From the IMG/VR virus record IMGVR_UViG_3300033463_000003: a DNA stretch of 64,000 nt; one strand, written 5' to 3'. Positions 6,475-15,196 of the stretch are shown here, in pieces. Each line of letters opens with the position of its first letter. The first letter of the stretch is position 1. Below the pieces are notes generated by a model. It ran no database searches. It was given only the letters and a program-made list of their open reading frames with translations, and was not told where the DNA came from. Position numbers and translations under genes: made by a program. This DNA is from a virus. Its lineage: Duplodnaviria > Heunggongvirae > Uroviricota > Caudoviricetes.

Positions 6475-8325
6475 CTAGTTACGCAGAAATGCGTTTCTAT
6501 ATATAAGATATATTAAGGCCAGACCCGACATGTTGAAATATCTAGGATGAGGTCGCCAATACAGCCTTAATATATATCCGGACTTATAGCCAGTAAGCCA
6601 TATGACTAGACATGAGCTTACTCTTGAAAAGGCACAACGGGGTTTGGCAAGTAATATCCACAACTAGTTATTAAAACTTGCTGGGCAAAAATAAGCATAA
6701 GTCCATTAACAACGAGGGCACGTTGTAAAATAACGAGTTTAGCCGAGTCTTATAGACGGTATGGAGTCTGATATAAACCCATGCAACCCACATTCTTTAT
6801 AGGAGGTATGGAACGCTAGAATAAATACTTTGGGATCTAGCTTATCTGGCCGGCCCAATGGTTAGTTTGGGGTGCAACTCCTCAACTGGTCTCAAAACAC
6901 CCATGCAGCAGTAACCAGGGTGAATACTAGAACGTCAAAACGTGAAAGAGCCTGCTGCATTTAGAGAGTCGGAGTATTTACCGGCTGCGGGTTCGCCCGC
7001 TTCTTATTAGAGCTTAAAAAGCACTTGCACCATTATGAACTTCCGAGAAAGCAGAAGGTGAAGCTGACGAAAAGCCTAAGCGTCTATAAATAAAGTTTAT
7101 TGGTAAATTTATGAAAACATAGGGTACTCACACCGAATGTTTCTTGCAGCAATGCGCTTAACTGGTGGGTTGGGGTTAAAGTTGTCTACCAATGTGAGAA
7201 AAACAACTGCTCCCTTGGCTAATTTAGTCCGGTAGGGAGATAATATAAGTTTAGGTGGCCCAGGAGGTATTTATTATTCCCCTCTCCCCAGAAACATAGT
7301 GAGGTCACCAGCCTATAATCAGGTATAGCAATGGCACCTGGATGCTATTATCAAATAGCATAACTTACGAGGCCGCTTTATGCCGCCGCCCTATTGAGTT
7401 TCAACTCTGATAGGTCCAGAGGACGCCGAACGAAAGTTCTACTCCCGAAGAGACGACCTAAGCATGTCCTTAAACTGCTTATTATAGAAGGAAAACTATA
7501 CAACCCGTATGCACCCACTACTACGTTAATAAATGGGTATATTTATTTCCCGGTCCCTTAACGGCAGTTTCCAGTTTCTGTGAAACTAAATAATATAAGG
7601 ACTGCAGGCAAATGAAGCAATTCACACTACCTGCTTATTAGTTCCACCACCTGGTACTGAATGTTGTTTGATAGTGAGCTGTGGTCAATATAAAAATATT
7701 GCAAGAGAAAGACGGCATAACAGCAATAACACAAAATAATCCGTCTCTCATTAATATGTGTGTATCTATCAAGTAAGTGGACTACCTCAGCCTATTAAAC
7801 GTCAGTTTAGCCTAAAGCTATTAATTAATAGGTAATTAACCAAGATTAAAATTGCGAAAACACTTATAGAAATATAAGCTACTTGGTATAGAGAGTGATA
7901 AAGCCAGGGAACTCCAGCCGTTATGGTTGCAAGGAGGGTTGAGCCTCCCGTCTGTTAATCGAAAAAGCCGGACTTCGCTAGTCTTGACGTTAAAGAACAT
8001 CGATTCCGTTATAGTGTCTGGTAAAACTACAAAGAGAGCACAGGAGTTATACGTCGATAGCCCATTTAGAGCGTTTGTGGGAATTGGGTAAGAAACTAAC
8101 CGTGGAAATGTGCAGAGTCGGTGAAAACGTATATCCCAAGGCAATGTAAGAATTATAGTAGGCCAGCCTGGCTGTTGATCATAGTTCTCGGGTAACGTTG
8201 TCCCTGTTCACAATGTCTTGTACTAACATTGTTTTTCTAATAAAATATAATAGGATTTATATCCATGGCGATAAATCGTAAATCCTGGTTGCCTTCAAGT
8301 CCGAAATGACGTTAAACTATGGAGG
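6475..8325 (+). ncRNA. ~1.85 kb ORF-free block of structured RNA(s)
   Basis: Follows promoter at 6461; visibly more GC-rich than flanking genes; many closed helices (e.g. ATATTAAGGC/GCCTTAATAT, GGACTTAT/ATAAGTCC, ATGCAGCAG/CTGCTGCAT, AGCCAGG/CCTGGCT). Confidence 0.65.
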
Positions 8326-8331
8326 TATAGA

Positions 8332-8562
8332 ATGTTAGGATTTACACTTTATGGAACAACAGATGTTCCACATGAATATTACGTTTATGCTGATGGTGTA
8401 GATTGTAAACCAGCTTACTTCTTAACTAGAAAAGAAGCCGAAATCTACATGAATAATTATGCTTCTTCACATGGTATTCAATTAGAATGCACTGAATGTG
8501 ATAAGCATGAGCGTAAATATTCTAATCATAAGGGTGTTAGATTTTATATTAATAGAATTTAA
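8332..8562 (+). CDS. Hypothetical protein
   Basis: 76 aa, GGAGGT SD. Confidence 0.75.
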   Translation: MLGFTLYGTTDVPHEYYVYADGVDCKPAYFLTRKEAEIYMNNYASSHGIQLECTECDKHERKYSNHKGVRFYINRI

Positions 8563-8701
8563 TGCCCTTAACAATTCATTTATAATTAGAAGAGATTCTA
8601 AATAATATTTACCTGAGCAGTACGACTTATGCCTGAAACCTGATATAAAGGAATCTTGGGTATGTCAGAAACAACTGACTATGACATAAGCAAAAAGGGC
8701 G

Positions 8702-8776
8702 GAAACTATACTTATTTCTTCAGTGCTTTAGAACAAATGATCTAAAAAGAAATAGGCTGCAAGTTAGTTAGTTCAA
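8702..8776 (+). ncRNA. Bulged-stem element copy 3 (covariant)
   Basis: GA-AACTA-TACTTATTTCT ... AGT-TAGTT-CAA. Confidence 0.65.
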
Positions 8777-8868
8777 ATATTATTTAGAATCTTTTTTATT
8801 TTTTTATTTACTTTTAAAATTTTTATTGTATAATATTAATGTGGATGAAAACTGAAAGGATCCACAAT

Positions 8869-8925
8869 AGAGCCGATACTTATTTCTGGTTATTTATAAG
8901 AATGTGTTAAAAACAGTTCGGCCAA
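8869..8925 (+). ncRNA. Bulged-stem element copy 4, in the leader of the 9004 gene
   Basis: GA-GCCGA-TACTTATTTCT ... AGT-TCGGC-CAA, ~35 nt after promoter 8827. Confidence 0.7.
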
Positions 8926-8930
8926 GTAAT

Positions 8931-8992
8931 TAAACAGCTTTTAATGTGTTAATACTTGGGGTAACTAGCATATTAAAGGCTGTTTATTTTTT
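8931..8992 (+). terminator. Long hairpin plus T-tract (possible attenuator) before the 9004 SD
   Basis: TAAACAGCTTTTAATGTG...CATATTAAAGGCTGTTTA-TTTTTT. Confidence 0.55.
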
Positions 8993-9003
8993 CGGAGGTC
9001 ATT

Positions 9004-10977
9004 ATGACAAACATTCAAAAAATCTTAATTTCTAGACATTACTTACTTGCAGCTCCAATTGCTGAAGAAGATAAAGTAAAAGTTGCATATTATAATGCAT
9101 ATCTTTTAGCTAACTTTGGTATTGTAGTTGATAAGCCACAACGTTTAAGCGATATTAGCGTTAAAGAAATTGCTGATGTTTATAAGCTTAGTGTTCCAGC
9201 ATCTTTCTACAAAAACCCACAAGATACTAAATATTTTTCTTGTGCAGAATTACTTATTGAACAATTAGTTTCTTACTTTTTAGTTGAAACTGGCACAGGT
9301 ATCTATAATAGAGTCGAGATCTTTGAAAAGAATCTCCCTGAATATAAGCAAGGTGATGAACTTAAACTTCGTGAGTTCAAGATTTTAACTGCAGAAGAAG
9401 CTGATGTTGTTTTAGCTGATATTGCTAAAGCATACTGTGCTTATACTCGCCCATGGGCTCTTGATGAAGAAGAAGAATTTATCTGGTTATTTGAACATGG
9501 TTATTATCAAAACTTTGAAGTCGCATGTGGTGATAATGCTATTAAATTACTTGAAAAAGATGCTTCTTTTGCACGCTTTTTATTCAAAAAAGATTTAGTT
9601 AAGATTTCAGTTACTCGCTGCGGTGAAAAATCTAAACTTATGCTTGATGCTAAAACAGCTGACCTTATTAGAGCAGCTATTCCTTATGTTAAGGATTGCC
9701 CAATGTCTAAAAAGCAAGCTAAGTATTTTAATACTTTAATTGCTAAAGTTGGTGCACAAGGCAAAGTTAAAGAAGCCTCTAATGCTCGTTCACCATATAA
9801 AGCAGCTCAAGAAGCCCTTAATAAAGGTGATGTTTTAGGTGCAGCTAAGATTTATGCAGCTAATGGTTCTCTTTTAGAAAGAAACTTAAAGATGCTTATT
9901 TCAAGAGCTGACCCACAAACAGCTTTAGATATTTTAGGCTTACTTAAAGCTAAAAATCCACTTGTTCTTTTCCAAATTATGTCCACATTAATGGCTGATA
10001 ATGGGGAAGCTCGTACCTTTACATTTACTAAAAATAGATTAGTCAAACATCATATTGAAACTGAATATGAACATACTTGGCGTAAATCTAAGTTAAATGA
10101 TGCCACAAGAAAGCTTATTCATGATGCTTGCCTTGTTAAAATTGAAGAGGGCTATCGTGCCTTTGATTCTTTAGGCAAAGTCTATATTTCACCAGATTTC
10201 TTCAAGATTGGTGTCCCAGTTAATACATCAGCTACTGGTAAAGGTATTGATGTATTACCAACAAGCTCTAGACTTCCACTTCCAACAAATAAAGTTCGTA
10301 CTTTCGTTTATTGGAAAGATGCATTTGATATTGATGCTTCCTTAATTTTTGTTGATAATGTTGGCAAATTAAGCTACATGTATTTCGGCAACTATTCTGG
10401 AAAACCATTTGGTCATGATGTCCTATTTTCTGGCGATAATAGAAATCATACTGGCTCTGAATATTATGATATTGATGTTGAAGCTCTTCATAGAAGAGGC
10501 ATTAGATATGTAATTCAAGCTTTCCATGGCTTCTGCTCTAATTTAAACCAAGGCGAAATTTATTGTGGTTATCAAAATAAAGAAAACTTTAATACACAAG
10601 CCTGGGACCCAAAAAACATTGAATTAAAAATTCATGTTAAGGGTGATACAAGAGCATTTATGGCTTTTGCCTTAGATTTAGCAACTAATGAAGTTGTTAT
10701 CTTAAATCAACTTTTAGACGAAGAATTAAGAGTTGTTAACGGTAAGAACTTTGCTCCAATTGCTAAGTTACTTGACCCAGCTCAACTTGAATTAAATGCT
10801 GGCTTAATTGCTTCATTTAGAGCAAGTGAAGTTGTTGCTACACCAGAAGAAGCTGATGTTGTATTTGATGCTAATTTCAAACCAGAAATAGCTGAAGATG
10901 GCACTGCAATTCAAAAAGTTGTTAGACCATTTGAAGTTGAAAAGATTGTTGCATTAGCTAATGGTGCAAATATTTAA
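9004..10977 (+). CDS. Large helical-repeat protein with C-terminal TerD-like domain (putative TROVE/Ro-like RNA-binding protein)
   Basis: C-terminal RTFVYW..FDIDASL, FSGD, GSEYYDID motifs typical of TerD-like domains; TROVE-likeness of the N-terminus is inference. Confidence 0.65.
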   Translation: MTNIQKILISRHYLLAAPIAEEDKVKVAYYNAYLLANFGIVVDKPQRLSDISVKEIADVYKLSVPASFYKNPQDTKYFSCAELLIEQLVSYFLVETGTGIYNRVEIFEKNLPEYKQGDELKLREFKILTAEEADVVLADIAKAYCAYTRPWALDEEEEFIWLFEHGYYQNFEVACGDNAIKLLEKDASFARFLFKKDLVKISVTRCGEKSKLMLDAKTADLIRAAIPYVKDCPMSKKQAKYFNTLIAKVGAQGKVKEASNARSPYKAAQEALNKGDVLGAAKIYAANGSLLERNLKMLISRADPQTALDILGLLKAKNPLVLFQIMSTLMADNGEARTFTFTKNRLVKHHIETEYEHTWRKSKLNDATRKLIHDACLVKIEEGYRAFDSLGKVYISPDFFKIGVPVNTSATGKGIDVLPTSSRLPLPTNKVRTFVYWKDAFDIDASLIFVDNVGKLSYMYFGNYSGKPFGHDVLFSGDNRNHTGSEYYDIDVEALHRRGIRYVIQAFHGFCSNLNQGEIYCGYQNKENFNTQAWDPKNIELKIHVKGDTRAFMAFALDLATNEVVILNQLLDEELRVVNGKNFAPIAKLLDPAQLELNAGLIASFRASEVVATPEEADVVFDANFKPEIAEDGTAIQKVVRPFEVEKIVALANGANI

Positions 10978-11050
10978 TCGGCTTTAAAAAATTATTATAA
11001 AAGTAGCATTAATTTGCTACTTTTTATTTTAAAAAGCTGTATATTATATT

Positions 11051-11392
11051 ATGAGTAGAGTAAAAACACAGAACACAGATCATTCATATATACGTGCTGC
11101 TGAACGTTGTGGTTGGAGCAAAAAGAAAGCTCGTGAAATGATGCGTTTAGCTTCCCGCTATGGTACTGCTGCTGGTAATTTACAACCAGGACCTGTCAAA
11201 GATTTTATTACTGCAAGGCAAGAGTGTACCCATAGACGTATTAAATTATATCAAGGCTATGTTTTTGTATTTGCTTCTACTAGTACCAAATGTATTACTG
11301 TCTATCCGTTAGAAATAGGTAAAGAACTACAAGAAACTGAAGAAAAACAGTTAACAGAAATTGAAAAAATTGAAGCTATGTTAAGGCTATAA
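11051..11392 (+). CDS. Hypothetical protein (possibly leaderless)
   Basis: 113 aa; ATG immediately after TGTATATTAT, no SD. Confidence 0.7.
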   Translation: MSRVKTQNTDHSYIRAAERCGWSKKKAREMMRLASRYGTAAGNLQPGPVKDFITARQECTHRRIKLYQGYVFVFASTSTKCITVYPLEIGKELQETEEKQLTEIEKIEAMLRL

Positions 11393-11426
11393 AAAATTAG
11401 CTATAATTATTTTGAGGATTAACATT

Positions 11427-11678
11427 ATGGAAGAAGAACTTAAATGGTTAGTTGATGGCCTTATCAGAAATGAGCGTGTTGAAGATGGCCCAGAATTAGA
11501 AAAACCTGAATGTCAACAAATACTTAATGCAGTTGTTAAAAAATTAGGCTGTGCATGTGAATTAATTGTAAATATTAATATAGAAAGAAATGGCATTTTT
11601 TATGATTATTTAATTGATCATGAAAATATTAAAGAAAGCCGTGTTTTAATTGAAGAGTGGGATAACAGATACCTTTAA
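11427..11678 (+). CDS. Hypothetical protein
   Basis: ATG 11427 after GAGG SD. Confidence 0.7.
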   Translation: MEEELKWLVDGLIRNERVEDGPELEKPECQQILNAVVKKLGCACELIVNINIERNGIFYDYLIDHENIKESRVLIEEWDNRYL

Positions 11679-11687
11679 AAATTGTAT

Positions 11688-11696
11688 GCTAAATTA
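11688..11696 (+). promoter_or_regulatory. Putative late promoter GCTAAATTA (also at 26104, 31633, 38245, 44739, 44835, 48357, 52063, 58785, 61230, 62408; variant at 24164)
   Basis: 11 exact copies at gene boundaries, mostly before virion genes; analogous to the T4 late box TATAAATA. Confidence 0.8.
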
Positions 11697-11719
11697 TATA
11701 TTGGTAAAGGAGTATAATT

Positions 11720-11986
11720 ATGGCAAAAGGTAAGGGTAAAAAAGCAAGCGCTGGTAGTGGACTTCGTAAAAAACATGGCCCAAAAAAGCACATGTTTAAA
11801 GAATACAAGCCAATGGTAAGAGCTTTTGCACAAGCAGGTTTATTAGACAAATATCATAACTTTGAATCTTGGCAATTAGCTATGGCTGCAAGAGGAAGTA
11901 AGAAAGCAACTTATGCTGATTTTAAAGCATTTGTTGTCCTAAGTATGGAAGAGAAAAAAGCATACTTTGCAAACCTCAAAAAATAG
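11720..11986 (+). CDS. Small basic protein
   Basis: 88 aa Lys-rich, AAAGGAG SD, own GCTAAATTA promoter. Confidence 0.8.
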   Translation: MAKGKGKKASAGSGLRKKHGPKKHMFKEYKPMVRAFAQAGLLDKYHNFESWQLAMAARGSKKATYADFKAFVVLSMEEKKAYFANLKK

Positions 11987-12079
11987 TTAAAAAACATTAA
12001 AAATATTAAAAAGAGCTGCTAATCCAGCTCTTTTTTATTGTATAATATATTGTAGATAAAAATTTAGGAGGTTTTTGTT

Positions 12080-14350
12080 ATGCGTACCTTATTAATTACA
12101 CGTGGTGCACCTGGTGCCGGAAAATCAACTTGGGTTAAAAATAATCATTTAGAAGATTATACTCTTTGCCCAGATGATATTCGTATTATGTGTGCTTCCA
12201 GAGATCTTCAAGCTGATGGCCATACTGCTATTGCAAGAAATAATGAAGTTGAAAAAGAAACCTGGAAGATTATTTTTCAATTACTTGAATATAGAATGCA
12301 ACGTGGTGAATTAACAGTATTGGATGCAACTGCCTCTAAAACAAAAGATATTCAACAATATAAAGAATTAGCTGAACAATATAGATATAGAACCTATGTT
12401 GTTGATTTTACTGATGTTCCTCTTGAAACTTGCTTAAAACAAAATAGAATGCGCCCAGAAATGAAATGGGTTCCAGAAGAAAGCATTAAAAATATTTATG
12501 CTCGTTTTGCTACACAGCCAGTTCCAAGCAGAGTTGATGTAATTAAACCGGATGAATTAGATAAAATCTTAGAAAAACCTATAGATTTATCTCAATATAG
12601 AAAAGTTGTTTTTATTGGCGATATTCATGGCTGTTATGATACTTTGATGCAATATCCTGATTTCAAAGAAGGACTTAAAGATGATACAGCATATATCTTT
12701 TTAGGCGATTTCGTGGACCGTGGCAATCAAAATGCTGAAGTCATGAAGTTTATCTATTCTATTATGAATAAGCCAAATGTATGCTTGTTAGAAGGCAATC
12801 ATGAACGCTGGCTTAGAGACTATGGAAATAATGTTCCAGCCAAATCAAGAGAGTTTGAAGACAAAACAAAACCACAACTTATTGCAGGCGGTTTTGACCA
12901 AAAAATGGCTAGAATATTCTATAGAAAAGTTCGTCAAATGTCTCACTTTATGTTTAATGGTATAGAAGTTTTAGCTTGCCATGCAGGTATTCCACATATG
13001 AATAATAATTTAGTTTATTTACCAACAGAAGCTTTTATTCATGGTGTTGGAACATATAATGACTACCAAACAATTGCTGAAACTTGGATGACTGAAACTA
13101 AAGAAAATCAATATTTAATTCATGGCCATAGAAATACACATGAAGATCCAACTGAAATAGCTGATAGAGTTTATAATCTTGAAGGCAAAGTTGAATTTGG
13201 TGGTAATTTAAGAATTGTTGAACTTACTTCCGATACATTCAATGGTTGGGCTTTTGGTCACCCTGAAGTTGGTTTAGTTACTGGAACACACTGGAATATA
13301 GTTGAATTACATAACTGCCAACCAATTACTGAGGATGCTATTATTGAAGAAAGAAAAGTTGATACAGTTGAAGAAGCTATTGATTATCTTAGATTAAATA
13401 AATTTGTCCAAGAAAAACAATTAGGTAATGGAGTTTCTTCTTTCAATTTTACCCGTGAAGCTTTCTATGATGCTAACTGGAATAAACAAACTATTTTAGC
13501 ACGTGGCTTATTCTTAGATACTGAAAATAAAAAGATTATGGCACGCTCATATGAAAAGTTTTTTAGAATTAATGAAGTTCATGAAACTGAAATGATTGCA
13601 CTTAAAAATAGACTTCAATTTCCAGTCCAAGCCTATGTAAAAGAAAATGGATTTTTAGCAATAGTATCTTATGATTATAAAAATGATGATTTATTTATTG
13701 CTTCTAAGTCCACAAATAAAGGCGATTATGTTGAATATATTAAAGCTCAACTTGAACCTTATAAAGAAAAATTATTAGACCTTTTAAGAACAAATTATAA
13801 TGATGGTATTCCATGTTCAGCAGTATTTGAATGTGTTGATATTGAACATGACCCACACATTATTAAGTATCCAAAAAGCAAAATAGTATTATTAGATATT
13901 ATTGAAAATACTTTAAATTATAAAGCTAGAACTTATTACTCATTAAAAGAGGCTGCTGCTTATATTGGCTGCCCGGTTAAAGAATTAGCATTTGAAATAA
14001 AAGATTATGATGAATTTAGAAATCTTTATAATGAAGCCCAAGATGAAGAATATAAGTATAATGGTGAATATATTGAGGGTTTCGTTTTTGTGGATGCTTC
14101 TGGTTTTATGACAAAATTAAAAACAGGTTATTATAATTTCTGGAAACATATGAGGGGCGTTGCTGATCAAACTCTTAGATGTGGAAATTATGGTAGAACT
14201 GGCGCACTTCAATCAGCCCAAGCTAATTATTTCTATGGTTTCTGTAGACAATTATTTAGAAATGATCGTGATAAAGAAACAAAATCTTATCCATATAAAA
14301 CAGATATTATTTCGCTTCGTGAAAAGTATCTAGCTGAGTTTAGAAAATAA
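12080..14350 (+). CDS. Polynucleotide kinase - metallophosphoesterase - RNA ligase fusion (RNA end healing/sealing)
   Basis: P-loop GAPGAGKS; GDIHG, GDFVDRG, GNHE, HGH; ligase ARGLF, KFF, KENG, EGFV, KLK. Confidence 0.92.
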   Translation: MRTLLITRGAPGAGKSTWVKNNHLEDYTLCPDDIRIMCASRDLQADGHTAIARNNEVEKETWKIIFQLLEYRMQRGELTVLDATASKTKDIQQYKELAEQYRYRTYVVDFTDVPLETCLKQNRMRPEMKWVPEESIKNIYARFATQPVPSRVDVIKPDELDKILEKPIDLSQYRKVVFIGDIHGCYDTLMQYPDFKEGLKDDTAYIFLGDFVDRGNQNAEVMKFIYSIMNKPNVCLLEGNHERWLRDYGNNVPAKSREFEDKTKPQLIAGGFDQKMARIFYRKVRQMSHFMFNGIEVLACHAGIPHMNNNLVYLPTEAFIHGVGTYNDYQTIAETWMTETKENQYLIHGHRNTHEDPTEIADRVYNLEGKVEFGGNLRIVELTSDTFNGWAFGHPEVGLVTGTHWNIVELHNCQPITEDAIIEERKVDTVEEAIDYLRLNKFVQEKQLGNGVSSFNFTREAFYDANWNKQTILARGLFLDTENKKIMARSYEKFFRINEVHETEMIALKNRLQFPVQAYVKENGFLAIVSYDYKNDDLFIASKSTNKGDYVEYIKAQLEPYKEKLLDLLRTNYNDGIPCSAVFECVDIEHDPHIIKYPKSKIVLLDIIENTLNYKARTYYSLKEAAAYIGCPVKELAFEIKDYDEFRNLYNEAQDEEYKYNGEYIEGFVFVDASGFMTKLKTGYYNFWKHMRGVADQTLRCGNYGRTGALQSAQANYFYGFCRQLFRNDRDKETKSYPYKTDIISLREKYLAEFRK

Positions 14351-14360
14351 GAGGTAAACT

Positions 14361-15140
14361 ATGCAACAAAAATTATATGATGTGGTTATTGTTGGAGCAA
14401 GTGATGAAGGTATTGAAGCAGCTAAATACTTCTTTGCTAAAAATCTAAACATCCTTCTAATTAGCCGACACTTTGATAACTTTAAAAGAACATTTGCAAA
14501 AATTCCATACTTAACCGGCAATGTTATCTTTTCTGGTTATATGCACGGGCTTATTATGCTCTACTTAGAAGATGGCAGCTCTATTTGTACAAAAAATGTT
14601 ATTTTAGCTACAGGTACACGTCATACTCCAGTCAAAAGTGATTGTAAAAATGGTATATATTATAATATTAACAGTATTAAAAATACCAGAAAATATCATA
14701 AATTAGTTATTATTGATGACACAGAGGCTGGAGTAAAACATGCCTTGTTATTAGCAACCAAATTTAAGGAAATATATATTTGTACAAAGCTTCTTAAATT
14801 GCCAATATCTGAAGAGCTTAAACAAAAGTTGCAAGAAACTCCAAATATTCATATTATGCCACTTTGTTCAGTTAAAGAGTTTGTGCACAATAATATGAAC
14901 GTCCTCTATAAAGTTATTCTTGATACATATGCTGAGGTACCATGCCAATATGTATTAGCAAGTACAAATAGAATTGCTGAAGTACCTTGTTTAAGTAAAG
15001 GCATGATTGAAATAGACCAATATGGTTATTATATTGTTAATAAGCATTATGGCTCAAAACTAGTGCCGGGTGTATTTGCGATTGGCGCTTGTACAGGCAG
15101 CAATGATAAAATAAAATTTGGCAATATTTTGCTAAAATAG
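14361..15140 (+). CDS. Degenerate thioredoxin-reductase-like FAD-fold protein
   Basis: YDVVIVGA, VILATG, PGVFAIGAC present; GxGxxG and CxxC eroded. Confidence 0.7.
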   Translation: MQQKLYDVVIVGASDEGIEAAKYFFAKNLNILLISRHFDNFKRTFAKIPYLTGNVIFSGYMHGLIMLYLEDGSSICTKNVILATGTRHTPVKSDCKNGIYYNINSIKNTRKYHKLVIIDDTEAGVKHALLLATKFKEIYICTKLLKLPISEELKQKLQETPNIHIMPLCSVKEFVHNNMNVLYKVILDTYAEVPCQYVLASTNRIAEVPCLSKGMIEIDQYGYYIVNKHYGSKLVPGVFAIGACTGSNDKIKFGNILLK

Positions 15141-15196
15141 CTAAAAAATCATTGTATAATATAGTAGAATATAGAAAGGTTAAAGTTGGTGATACC

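Noticed and set aside
6801-6819. AGGAGGT-ATG GAA CGC TAG minigene
   Set aside because: SD-to-start spacing is too short for efficient initiation; no other support.
7064-7120. Hammerhead, pistol or c-di-GMP-like motif around CTGACGAAAAGCCTAAGCGT
   Set aside because: I could not build the required stems or pseudoknot around the core-like words.
7705-7749. Stem enclosing ACAGCAAT as a second repeated RNA family
   Set aside because: Only one copy seen in the window, so no covariation support.
7836-8144. Minus-strand 102-aa ORF (and the 6475-6663 ORF)
   Set aside because: No SD, atypical composition, opposite to all other genes; the region is better explained as structured RNA.
59-8925. TACTTATTTCT repeats as a CRISPR array or transposon ends
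   Set aside because: Dispersed rather than tandem, with variable interiors closed by covarying stems; no cas or transposase genes and no target duplications.
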